A stretch of DNA of 64,000 bases, from assembly GCA_051362555.1 (NCBI GenBank), contig CM120640.1, positions 44,990,788 to 45,054,787 on the forward strand, read 5' to 3'. This stretch comes from Lingula anatina (taxonomy: Eukaryota > Animalia > Brachiopoda). Below the pieces are notes generated by a model. That model saw only the letters and a list, made by a program, of their open reading frames with translations. It ran no database searches and was not told the DNA's origin. Both the position numbers and the translations under genes were made by a program. Shown here one piece after another: positions 27,101 to 39,616 of the stretch (the first letter of the stretch is position 1; each line of letters opens with the position of its first letter).

Positions 27101-30100
27101 AGTTTGCCCTTGGATGTTAGTCCCACAGAAATTGAAGGACACTGAGATGAAGGCTCTTTGACAGTCATTTATCGCAGGCGTCGTCTTCCTGTTAACAGGG
27201 ACAGGGGAGTTTTGTGGATGTACATGTCTGAGTTGAAAGTTATAGAAATGACACAAAGATTTATAAAATGAACAACAGAAGAGAAGATGTTTTGCAGAAT
27301 GGGTTTTGAGTGGATGGCAAAATGGTGTCTCCAGTAGGTCTTCATTTGGAGGCTATCCCCTTCATCAAAGTGGGAGCTGCCAAGTGAAGGGCTGTCGGTT
27401 GGGCCAACAATCATAAACCAGGTGATACCGTGTACACACATAACGAGACCATGAACCATGATTTCAAAAAATTGTCTTCAGCATTTACAGTTTCTGGATT
27501 TGAGTAGATCATTATTATATTGGTATCAGATAAATATGTGACACTCACACAGGCAAAAGTGAAAGAATCTAAAGCCTGCCTTAACGGGTGATTAAAAATG
27601 TATGAAGCATTTAATTTCTGATACAACATTAGTCTTGTACAGATTTGTTTCATTAAAATAAATATATTTTGATAATGGTAGATTATTATAGATTTTATGG
27701 TATGCTGGCAACATTGATAATGGAATAAAGTTGAGACTTGATTATGACTGTATCTTTTCATTTGGTAACAAATGATTTAACCTGCGTTTCAGGTGTTACC
27801 GATTACTTGACGACGGAAATTTCAACATCAAAACAGAAGAAGTTCAGTTTGGTGACTTTTGTGGACACGCCAGGTCTTGTAGATGGTGACATGAAATATC
27901 CCTTTGATGTGAATCGAGCAATTTTGTGGCTAGGTAAGACTGTAGTCTCACTCTCAATGAACTAATCCCACTTCCTTGCATTCAGACTGCACAAAAGCCA
28001 CAAGAATCAACCGCAGCAATTTCATATACCCTGTTCACACCACCATTTGCAAACTGCGGATTTTTCAAATACAAATTTCTCAATGACTGATGGTATGAGT
28101 AGAAATGTACTTTGTGGGGACTTTTATGAAACTGAAAATAACAGCAGTAATGTAACCAAGTTACTGTTGATAACAGCTAAGCAGAATTGAGTTGCACTTG
28201 CTGCACCATACCTTCTCTGGTCTTTTTATTTGGATCATATACATGTACAACACAAACATCTCAGCAACCTTATGATTCATTTTTGAACACTGCAAGGTAT
28301 CACATAAAATAGACAGATAAGAGGAAACTGGCAGGTTTTTTTTTTCATATTCTTATGGCCAATAATTACTTTGCCAATTTCCAGTTTAGGTGAGTTATCA
28401 GAATTGTCCTCAGAAATTTGCATCACTGGCATCATTTTGAGTTTAGAAAATATGACAAAGCCAGACAAGTCTGTAATTTAAGATGTTAACAGCAAGGTGG
28501 TCGCCAAAGGCTTGCTTGTTGCTCACGTGCAAAAATATAGACTGTATGATAACTGATCTTATGTTCAAGCTGAGAAAAGTAACCATAATAGAATCACATT
28601 AAGCAAACATACACTTCTCTAAATGGTAATATGAAATAAAGTAACCAGTATTTTTAATTGTAAATCATAATATTGCATATTCTTTCTGTTTCATAATGTT
28701 TGTAGTCATACTCATTTAATGGGAGAATGACATTTTCAACTTCTTTAGCCAGATAGAATGTTCTACCAGTAATTTAATAAGTTGATGTGAGCCTAGAAAT
28801 TAAATTTTGGCTAAAAGTCTGTCACACTTTATGTATTTTGAATATATACATTTCAGGCTTTATGTCCATTTTATTTGAAAATAAAAATAATACTTCATAA
28901 ATTCTACCTAGTGAAAGGAAAAATATATTTGCAAAGTATATTGGTGGCTTAAGAGCCGAGAAATAGCTAAGAAAAACATATTCAGACTTCAGGTTCAGTT
29001 GCTTATTTATGTTTATCTTGTCCTTAGTAAAATTAAAACTTATTTAATTAATTAATTAATTAATTATTTATTTATTTTTGTAGAAAAGCAACCTAATCCA
29101 TATTTGAACAGATATTTCAGCAAATTCGTTCCATCGTTGGCCTGTGAATATATGTCTTACTGGTGCAAAAAATTTCCAGCATTATTACTTAATCATATTA
29201 CTAGTATTGGCCTAAGATACGAAACCACATTTAGCTCATAAATATTGGATTTCCATCCCTGTATACTAATAAGTTGACTCCCTGCCAAGCCAATGTGATT
29301 TTAGTGCAGCGAGTGCAATTGTTTGCCGATTCCCCAAACTTAAATACATTTGGCTGGTGAACTGTTAAAAAAAAACATGGAAAACTTATATCAGAATGGC
29401 ACATGTATACACAAACACATTTATTTATTTATTTTATGTTTATTTATCTATATTTTAGAATATATAAAGCTATTTTATGAAATAAAAATAGTTTTCCTTG
29501 GACCAAGAATAGGAAAAAAGATTTTTCTAGTGTTTGTAAGTCTAAAAATAAAAAAAAAAGCAGCACATTTGGATCTGATTGTGTCCTGTAACTAAATTGA
29601 TCATTTATTCTTGTGTTTATATCTGTAGGACTGTCACAGTTCATAAAGTTAACTGTAATGAACTTAAAAAATGTTGAGACTCTTTTGTACTTTACTGCAA
29701 AGTACCCATTCATTATATTTCTAATCCTGAGGTCTAATCACCTGAGTGGCAGCTAAGTGTTGACTCACAGCGTTGTCTACAGACTGGCTGAATTGGGAGA
29801 AATTGATTTCAGGATTTGGTTTTGTGGATAAAATCTCACCGAGCAGACAGTGTAAAATGAGATGGCTTGCGGTGGCCATGGTTTAGGTATAAATGAAATG
29901 TAACCCTGAAAAATGGTCAAATCATCTTCCATGCTTTTAACAGATGGATTTTCCATTGAAACTAACAGGAAATTGTGATTTAACTTTAAGATTATCTGTA
30001 AACCATTTTGGGTTGATTGTGGCCAGTCTGTTTCCGTTTTATGGGTGATCCTAACAAAGAAGTACCCTTCTAGCTACACCTGTTACTTTTAGAAGTGAGT

Positions 30101-30375
30101 CTCACAGAAATTGAGGTCCACTGAGAGGAAGGCACTGTGACAGTTATTGCCTAAGTGTCCTGTAAACAGGGACAGGGGAGTGTGGGGATGTCTGAGCTGA
30201 AAGTTAATGGACTCCATGAATCATTACTTTGCACTAGCAGTTTTTCAGCATTTTAAACCCAAGTGTGATGGTCAGTGTCAGTTATATGCCTGCAGTTTCT
30301 TTCCTGGTTGAAAAAAAGGTGAAATTTCTCATTAGAAGTTTATGCAATTAAGATGCAAACAATCCAGCACATCCG

Positions 30376-30442
<67 letters not shown>

Positions 30443-33400
30443 TGCACAATTACACCATGATTCAAAGGTGGAATGCCTTGCATATCCAAATTGCAATGTA
30501 GAACAGAACTGGTAACCGTTTGGAGGATTAAGATAAAGAATTGTAAATGTTACAATTATGTAATTTAAAAGACACTCTCTTCCACTGTGGCCTACATGAA
30601 TGGATACCAAATGTTACTCATCTTAGCCCAAAGGGTACTGCATGCACAAGGCCATATCACTTTTGTCTAGCCAGTGGACATAGTGCATACCACACAGTCT
30701 GGACGAGGGTCATGTTAACAACATTGATCAGTCCTGTCCCAAGGTTAAGAACAAATTGGTCACCTGAGTAAAAAGGGGTTTGGGATCGTATTACATGAGT
30801 CTTTAGCACAAGGTTGATCAATCCAACACTTGGCTAATTACAAGTCAACTGTTAGAATTAATTGAGATTGCAAGTGATGAACCTGGAAAAATTCTTTCCA
30901 TCAACTTTTTTTTTTGGCTATTTAAGTGAAAGATTAAATCATTGGTGTTTGTGTATTGATGTGTGTTTGTGTGTCTGCCTGCATATTTAATGTAAGATAA
31001 AGTGAACCACACCTGTCTTACTATGCAGAATCCCAACACCCTACTAGTACATGAAACACAAGTATCATGGCTGTGACAGTGGTAAAAAGGAAACCTGGAT
31101 AACAGCAAGAACCCTGTGACTCATAGTCAACTTACAGGTTATTAAGTGACTTGATATTGAAAGGTCCAAAGTCCAGTGTCTTAGAATTGGTTCTTCCTCT
31201 ATAGTTCTGAAATATATAGGTGTAATTCTTGAATATTGTGGTGATGTATGACAGGCATAGGGAATTGTTAAGTAATTGATGATGCAGGAGCTTGAAGGTG
31301 TTATTTATCACTATAACCACTGTTGTCAATTGCAAACAGTGCAAATTAAGTGGGAAGTTTCATATTATATGATACAATGATGATTTGATATAATAATATT
31401 ATTATTATTCTGCCATGTATAATTATATACTAGTTATTATGTGCTGATTTACACTTGTGAAAAGTCACAGTTATGATTACTTTCCAATAATAAAATATTT
31501 GAGCTGTCTTCCATTTCAAGGTTATTAAATTGACTGAGCCATCATGCAGTTGTATAAGCATAGAAAATAATATATATTTTTTTATCTCTTGGATCATGCT
31601 GTATATAAGAGATAGTCATATCCAAGCAGGGCTTCCCCCAGGACTGTAGTTGCAGGGGGGGGGGGGGAGTTAATTTTCATAATATTAACCTTTTTATATC
31701 TCAATTTCTCCTCTTTTCTTAGTTCTAAATAGTTCAGGCTGTGTATAATTTTGCATTTCAATTATTTAACTTTGTCATTTTCTTTACAAATTGATCAGTT
31801 GGTTGGGTATGCCACTCTTTATATTGGCTGTCTTCTGAACAGGGGTTTCCCCAGAATTTGGGGCACAGGGAATCCAAAATGTGAATCTGTAATTTGGTCG
31901 TCTATTCACAGGGAGTCCAACCCAAGCAAGCCCAACCACCCAACCATTCAATTACCAAAATTTTTGTAAGCTGTCCAGCCATCTTAGGCAATATAGGCTG
32001 TCTTTTGAGGTCAATGGCCATCCAAATGATGGCTGGACAGCTCTCTAGGGAAAGCTTTGCATTCAAGACTTATTTTATTTTCTCAGACATTTGGAAAACA
32101 GCTTTTTTATGTACAGACACAGATGTGTCTGTACATATAGCCATCATCTGCGTCTGTCGTCGCTGTCGCCGTCGCCGTCGCCGTGCACTTTTACCGATAA
32201 CACGATAAGTGGAAAACTGTTTTTTCTTTTGGCTTGAAACTTACAGAACTAATGAATATTCATAATACGCAGGTCAAGTTCGAAAATCAGCATGATCGGG
32301 TCACTGCTAGGGAATTTATGCTGTTTTTTCACTTTTTTCAGCATAAATGAAGCACCGATAACACGATAAGTGGAAAACTGTTTTACTTTTTGGCTTGAAA
32401 CTTACAGAACTGATGAATATTCATAATACGCAGGTCAAGTTCGAAAATCAGCGTGATTGGGTCATTTTTAGTGAATTTAGGCTATTTTTTCTCTTTTTTC
32501 AGCATAAATGCAGCACCAATAACATGATAAGTGGAAAACCATTTTACTTTTTGGCTTGAAACTTATAGAACTGATAAATTTTCATAATACGCAGGTCAAG
32601 TTCGAAAATCGGCATGATTGGGTCATTTTTTAGTGAATTTAGGCTATTTTTTCTCTTTTTTCAGCATATATACAGCACCGATAACACGATAACTGGAAAA
32701 CCGTTTTGGCTTTTGGCTTGAAACTTACAGAACTGATAAATATTTATAATACGCAGGTCAAGTTCGAAAATCAGCATGATCGGGTGACTTGTAGGGAAGT
32801 TATGCTGGTTTTTTTTTTACTTTTTTCAGCATATATGCAGCACCGATAACACCATAAGTGGAAAACCGCTTTACTTTTTGGCTTCAAACTTACAAAACTG
32901 ATGAAGATTCATAATCCGCAGATCAAGTTCGAAAATCAGCATGATCAAGCCATTTTTAGGGGAGTTATGCTATTTTTTCACTCTTTTCAACATGTATGCA
33001 ACCTGATAACACTATATAAGAAAAACAGATAGGCCAATTGTCATTATACTTACAGGAGTTGTCAATCTTACTAAAATGCAGGTTGAGTTGGAAAATCAGC
33101 ATAATCTGGCCATTATTTTAGAAGTTATGCTGTTTTTTCACATTTCCTCAGATTCAATTCTTAACCATGTTAACAGTCTCATTATTTAACTAATAAGATA
33201 CGTAAAAGTGTTTGTTTGATATTTCCTGCATCTTTACAACATTGTTAGTTGATTATGTAAAAATGATGGTAAACTTGATATCGTGTATTGTGTAATAAAG
33301 TGTCAAAAATGGAAATAAACTCATATCATATCATATTGCAGTTTGTTAGATTCAATCATCAACTATGTTCAGAATCTCAGAATGGAGGAAATTGGACATT

Positions 33401-34987
33401 TAACACTGTTCTATTGATATTTTTCCCATCTCATCAATTTTCTTAGTTGGTCATATAAAAATGGAAGTATACTGTTTATTTTGTTTTGTTTAAAAAGTGT
33501 TAAAATGGAAATAAACCCATTTCAGAACAGTGCTGTCTTTTTTACAGTTTGGCATTTTTAAGATGTGACTTAAAAGTTCCATGAGCCTGCAGATCTTTGC
33601 TAGTCACATTTTCTGAATATCCATGATACTAATATTTTATGATTAAAAATTGATGGTCATTATGCTGTTAAACATTATGTAATATTGCATCAAGATTCGA
33701 AGAAACCCATATTTTGGGCACTGCTCCCATGATGACCATTTAAAGAAAATCATGTCACTTACTGTTATCAAACTTACAAGAAAGAAATGTGGGTCTAAGA
33801 TACAGCTTCAGTAGGCAATGCAGTCTGTTTGGTAATTTTTTCTGGCAGTTAAACAGTTTTTTGTGAAAATTTAATTTTTCACTTATTGGCATTTTCAAGG
33901 TGTGACTTTGAAGTTCCATGATTCTGAAGACCTTTGCTTGTCATGTTTTCTGAAAGTCCATGTTACTAATATTCTATTAAATTAAAGTTGATGGTCATAT
34001 ATGCTGTTAAGCATTATGTAATGTTGCTTCAAAATAGAAGAAAACACAATTTTTGGTGCTGCTGCCATGATGACCATGATGGGAAAACCGTGTTACTTAT
34101 GACTGTCAAACCTTAAAAAAAGAAACACTGTATAAAATGCAGCCTGAGTTGGAAAAGCAGTCTAATTGGCTTCTTTTTCTGGAAGTTATACATTTGAGTG
34201 AAATATTCATTAACTTTTTGGCATATTCATTGTGGGACTCGGAGCTCCCATGGACATGAAGCCGAATGGTAATCAAATTTTCTACATGTCCATGCTATTT
34301 GTAATCAATAATCAAAAATTGGTGATAATTATTCTATAATTTATTATGCAATGTTACATCAAAATTTACAATAATCTTTTTGCACTGCTACTGCAAACAT
34401 TATGAAAAGAAAACTGTGTTACTTATTATTATTTTTAACTTATGAGAATGATTTTTAGGATTGGCATGCAATTAAAATTAGAAAGCTAGGTCAATTGGGT
34501 TATCGTTTATTATTGAATTTATGCAATTTTGTGTGAAATTTTCATTTTTTTTTTATTCTGGCACTTTCTAAGTATAAACTTGAACTCTGATGGGCCTGAA
34601 ACCTTATGCTTTTACTTTGGTCGGTGTTACCTGCTGTGCATAATTAAAATATGATGTTGACTTTGCAGTTAAACATAATGTATCATTTCATCAGAATTGG
34701 TAGTCTCCTATTTTGTGCATTATTGTTTTGTGCTTTTCTTAAGATGTGACTTATGGGCCTGAAGGGTCTTTGAGAGGGTCAGTCTGTAAATTTCCCTTGG
34801 GTATCACTTATCTAAGCTCTGAGTTATAAAGTAATTTGCCTAATTGATTATTAATAGGCCATTAAATGAGATTACATAAAGCACACTTGTTGATATCTCC
34901 CTGTAAACTCCCAAAGGTTAAGCTCTCTGCTAGATTAATAATAAGGAAGCAGTGATAATTATGGAGGTAAATTATGCAGGTAATTTA

Positions 34988-35054
<67 letters not shown>

Positions 35055-36484
35055 CAATTGCTGCCTGGGCAGAGGTCTGCACTCTCGGAGTGCTTTTCTA
35101 GTTTTGTTTATTTTCCTTAATAACTTTTTTCTCAAACACTTGCATTTGTGATATTTAACCGCCTGAAGCTCTGCACATTTTCTGTATTTCCACATAAGCA
35201 GTTGTATGTTATTTATGTTTTCAAACATTATGTAATATTATTTTATGCACTGTCATCATTTTTCAAATATTGAGACTTTCATCATGTGACTTTGGTCTCT
35301 CATGGTCCTGATACTGTAATCTTATTGAAGGGATGGATTGAGACCATCTTCTGGGTCAGCTTCCGGAAGACGTTCGGATTTTTAAGTTTATATTGACTGA
35401 TATTTATTTTTTTTTTCTGTTGGAAGATCATCAAAATAGAGGATGGATGGACAAAGATACTTTGGAATACTGTCAGAAAATATCTCTGGGTCAGCTCTTG
35501 TTATTGACCATGTTACCTGTTGTGCATGATTAAAATTCAGTGTTGACTAACAGTGCTATTATAAGCATTATTTATTATTGCATCAAAATTGGCAAAATGA
35601 CCTATTTTGCATCATTATTTTCTGTTTTTTGTCTGTACATTTGACAGCTTTGCTGCCTTGTTTAGTTAAAATTTGCATTTGATATCACATTTGGTAATTT
35701 ATAAGACACAAGCGACACAAGATGAGCAAGAAAGAATTGATGTAGATCAGTAAAATATTGTTTGACTTTCAGGTGACATGGCAGATCTGATCTTTGTATT
35801 CTTTGATCCTATTGGTCAAGCCTTATGCAAGAGAACCCTGAATCTGGTTGAGAATCTAAGTGTAAAACATGCAGATCGAATGCGCTTCTACCTTAGCAAG
35901 GCAGACGAGGCAGGACATGAAAGTGACCGTCAAGTAAGAATTGTTACATGCTTGTTAACAGGTGGCAGCATAAGATGGACATATTTAAGATTATAAAGTC
36001 TTTCAATGTGATTGTCTTTTATTTCTTGAATATAAATTAATTATAATTTTTTTTATTTTTATTTTTTTTTTTGGGGGGGGGGGGAAGTTGGGTTATATTA
36101 CTTCATTTTAAGGGTTAAATGAAATTATTAAACAGTTCACAAAATAAGGGCTCGGAACTCAAACAAATAGTTGAAAATTATGATTAATTAAAGAAGAATG
36201 ATGACAGAAATTTAATATACTGTTTTACTTCTGCTAAAGAGCATGCTTCAAACAGTTACTTTTTGCAATTAAGTGAGCATATAATGAATGTGTTGGGTCA
36301 CACTGTAATCTTGTGAAATGAGTGAGTGCCCTTTTAAACACAAACTTTTTGATAGTTGTATAATGTTTATCAAGCTCATCTGGGACATTTTTTTTTCGAA
36401 ATTTCTTTTTTGATAAATCAAAAAGAATATTTTGTGTTGTTGTTGTTGTTATTATTATTATTATCTCGGAGAGTGATGATGCAG

Positions 36485-36532
<48 letters not shown>

Positions 36533-38181
36533 TCAGAGGGTGATGATGCAGATTGTCCAGGAGTTGTGTAAAAGACCAGGTCTGAATCGTACAGGGTTTG
36601 ATATGCCCACAATATACATCCCCAATGCCAGTGGCAAGGTAAATAGCAATAAGCAGCAGGGGTGTGTCTGTTATGATCATGTGGGGATCACAGCGTACAT
36701 TGGTCCGTGTTGACTCTGAGACATTTTATCATTGCTTCCTGATAACCTTTTGTTGACATTTGTGTGAGTCAGCGATATAGTCAGTATTACCTGTGTTCTG
36801 GATGTATTATATTATCTCTATATAAGATTAGGCTCTTCAGTACCCACTTCATTCCTTTATTTAATCTTTCTTAATCCCCTTAAAAGTGAAGGTCACAGTT
36901 TGAAGGTGGAGGGCATTGATTCAGTAAATAAAAAGTCAACTGCAAATCTTTTATTTTGACAAGTTTTTCAATTTCATTTTCCACCTTGTCTGTAACACAT
37001 TATGAAATTGTATTCACATTTAAAACTGTTATTTTTCTATGCTGTTTAAAGAGCTTTAATGCCTGATTCAATATTACTTTGTCCCCCAGCCAAGCAGATG
37101 TGTGAACCAGATTGAGGAAGTTTGTAAAGATGTGGAGAAATCTATTAATCAAACCATCCAGAACACACTGAATAATCTGGAAAAGGACTGTGAACAGATA
37201 GCAGAAATTGTTGATCGCAAGTTGGATGAAGACGAGTAAGTTTGAACATTTTTAGCTATGGAGCAGGATTAAAATCATTAACTAACAATGTAATTTGAAT
37301 TTTGTCATTGTTGTGATTGTAATTGTAGTGTGTTCCCAACTAACACACTGAAGTTTGATCTAGTGCTTTTCCTCAGCACTGCAAGTTTGAAATGTCTAGA
37401 ATGAAGATAAGGGACTTTTTGAGATACTGTCTTTTTCACTTATGTAACCAAGTAAATTTTTTGTGACTCAGAAATGCATTGTGTGCTTTCAAATGATACA
37501 TAGGTGCCCTTGCTCTTTTCTCAACTTTTGTTCATGTGTCATGCCAAAGTAGAAGTCTTCTAAAATACATGTCTGATAATTAACAAAAATGAAAAGCAGC
37601 AAAATGTAGTTTTTGGGCAAATTTTTATTTCAGAACATTTAAAATATTATAAGTGAACCTAGAAATAATGGGTATGAAGTAGTGAAAATCAAAGTGGTGG
37701 CATGAGTACAATTTAAACATTATGCTTGCCAAATATGCAGTTGTGCAAAAAAGATGGTTCCTCATTGAAAAATTGTCATAAAAATTATACCATCTTAGTC
37801 ATCATATCCCTCAAATTTGTTTTAAATTTCAAATAATTATTTTGGTGTACCTTTTGAAAATGTGTATGAAGTTTCATTTCATTTGGCAGTTATACACATC
37901 TGAGGTGTACTTATTTTGGCAACATACTTATTTTGGCAGGACACATGTACTTTTATCTTACAAATTAAGATATAATGACATTGTTTCAGTGCTGCAAGTT
38001 CTCACAACTTCAGCGCTAGAGGAAAAGGCTGTCTGCTGGGATTAGTTGGCTTTATTTTGCCACTGTTATTGCTGATTAACTTGTTGGCCAGCAATCTTGG
38101 CAAAGACATTCTTGTGAGCACCCTTGGAAGATCAGGAGCAGAAACCCTGCAGCTTTACATGGTAAAAGTGGCTTAATGAGA

Positions 38182-38215
<34 letters not shown>

Positions 38216-39616
38216 GTGGGGGTGTTAGGTTTAATTCTTTAAAGATGTGTGTGTGTAATTAAATTATTTGAAGATGCCTAGGCAACTGAACAGGAAGCGG
38301 CAGTGTGCCAGTTGCTAAGATAACAGGTGGCACCTGGGCATCCAAGGCTGATTAAGAGTCATTATGGAACACCTTTGGCTTATACAGTCCATATGTTATC
38401 TCTTATGCAAATTATTAAAATTTGTGGCTGTAGCGTAAAGTAGTGTAAAAGCACACAAAATAAATTAATTGTCATTGAAAAAGAGTTGTGGTTTGAACCA
38501 CCAAATTTGAAAACTGAACCAACACATCAGAGGTCAACGCAGATAACCATTTGAGCTGATAGCTAGCTTGCCCATTTGTTTGCTTGCAACATTTTATGGA
38601 CAAGTGACCAACTAACAAATAACCAGTGACATTGAGTCTGTCTATATGTCTGATATGGTAATTTGATGTGAGCAACATATTTGATAAAATTGTTTGAGTG
38701 GTAATCCCTTGTTGATGTTATAAATATGAGTCACTTGCAACAGACAATATCAGTCCAGCTGCCATCGCTCAGATGTTGGCTGTAAAGGTCTGATAGCTGC
38801 TTCATCATAATGGGAAAAATGCACAGTTATTTAAAAAGAAATGTTGTTTACTCTCTTATTTAGCTTAACTACGCCTTTTCTTATTATTCAGGCTCCTATT
38901 AAAGGAATGTGGGATGTGATACCCAAAGCTTACCACTACCATACCTGGGGATTCTTCTTGTTCATCTCCCTCGTGTTGCTGATTGTGGCCAAACTCAAGT
39001 CAAGGTAATCAAATGATAACACATGGACTTAGAAGCTTTGGACAAACAAAAGAAAAAAATGCTTTTAGATGTGTGGTACTTATGAGTATTATATTAGAAG
39101 CATCTGAATCGTGGTAAGCAAGTATGGGTATGCCATTGTCACTCTGAAATCAATCACATATTTAGCATATTTAGTCATTATTGTAGCACAATATGGAATT
39201 AAAAGGGTGCGTCTTTTATTTGATTAGAAAAATGTATTTAAAATGATAAAATTGCAATTGTATTTAATATCAAAAGATTTAATAGGCTTTGACATTTTTA
39301 TTTCACAGATTGAAGCCAACTCTTAATAGAAAGCAAAAGAAGGCTCTTATGGAAAAGAGAGATTACGTGCAAAACATGATAAAGACCAAGAAGGTATGGA
39401 TGCTATAGGACATATGATTGTTACTTACTTGTTTTCCACTGTGAAGTAATTTACTATAAATCATCATATCGTTGTCTTAATATCAATATCAAATACTTTA
39501 TCAAAGATGAAATAATTATGCCTTTTTAGGATTTTATGGATGAAAACGTTATGTATTTTCAGCAATCCCTCTACCAGGAATACCTGCAGCAGAGTGTTGC
39601 CGACCATGACCTCTAG
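18139..39616 (+). CDS. Uncharacterised dynamin-superfamily (EHD/sarcalumenin-like) P-loop GTPase with a helical region and two predicted C-terminal TM helices (~449 aa, 12 exons)
   Basis: Exons 18139-18253, 20506-20617, 24469-24562, 24925-24979, 27793-27933, 35773-35933, 36537-36638, 37090-37235, 37990-38161, 38892-39004, 39309-39393, 39563-39616 total 1350 nt, in frame. Motifs: G1 GNHSAGKS, G2-like ETQ, G3 DTPG, LIFVFFDP, G4-like SKAD. Hydrophobic segments: GCLLGLVGFILPLLLLINLLA and TWGFFLFISLVLLIVA. Confidence 0.9.
30379..30440. repeat. (CA)n microsatellite
   Basis: Visible perfect dinucleotide run. Confidence 0.95.
31840..32059. mobile_element. hAT-like MITE, copy 1 of the family also at 43223-43432
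   Basis: Ends are CAGGGGTTTCCC...GGGAAAGCTTTG. It aligns over its length with the 43223 copy (e.g. CCAAAATGTGAATCTGTAATTTGG, ACAGGGAGTCCAACCCAA). The TSD is eroded. Confidence 0.75.
34780..35105 (+). mobile_element. 3' part of a second Helentron-like family, with a (TA)n tract, nested in the HINE copy
   Basis: The end CCTGGGCAGAGGTCT-GCACTC-TCG-GAGTGC-TTTTCTAGTTTT is a sub-terminal repeat, a short hairpin, CTAG and Ts. (TA)n lies at 34986-35053. A related element is at 59951-60159. The 5' boundary is uncertain. Confidence 0.6.
35327..35500. mobile_element. Diverged copy of the 170 bp CAGGGGCGGA MITE, nested in the HINE
   Basis: It aligns to the 44856 and 53631 copies (TCTTCTGGGTC..TTCCGGAAGACG, GAGGATGGAT, ACTGTCAGAAAATAT) and is flanked by TTATT on both sides. 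Confidence 0.75.
36434..36532. repeat. (GTT)n/(ATT)n microsatellite tracts next to the exon 7 acceptor, with a duplicated exon start
   Basis: Visible trinucleotide runs; GTGATGATGCAGATT occurs both at 36473 and inside the exon at 36540. Confidence 0.9.
38184..38212. repeat. (CT)n microsatellite
   Basis: Visible dinucleotide run. Confidence 0.9.

Larger units (their letters stand above)
32103..35663 (+). mobile_element. Single-headed copy of the same HINE/Helentron family, in GTPase intron 5
   Basis: Same palindromic head at 32108, (GCCGTC)n tract, six well-conserved ~161 bp units followed by increasingly diverged ones, and the same tail TGTCTGTACATTTGACAGCTTTGCTGCCTTGTTT at 35630-35663. It contains nested insertions. 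Confidence 0.85.

Noticed and set aside
32265-33110. CRISPR-like regularly spaced repeat GCAGGTCAAGTTCGAAAATCAGCATGAT
   Set aside because: The intervening ~130 bp segments are homologous to each other, there are no cas genes, and the context is a eukaryotic intron. It is a tandem repeat.
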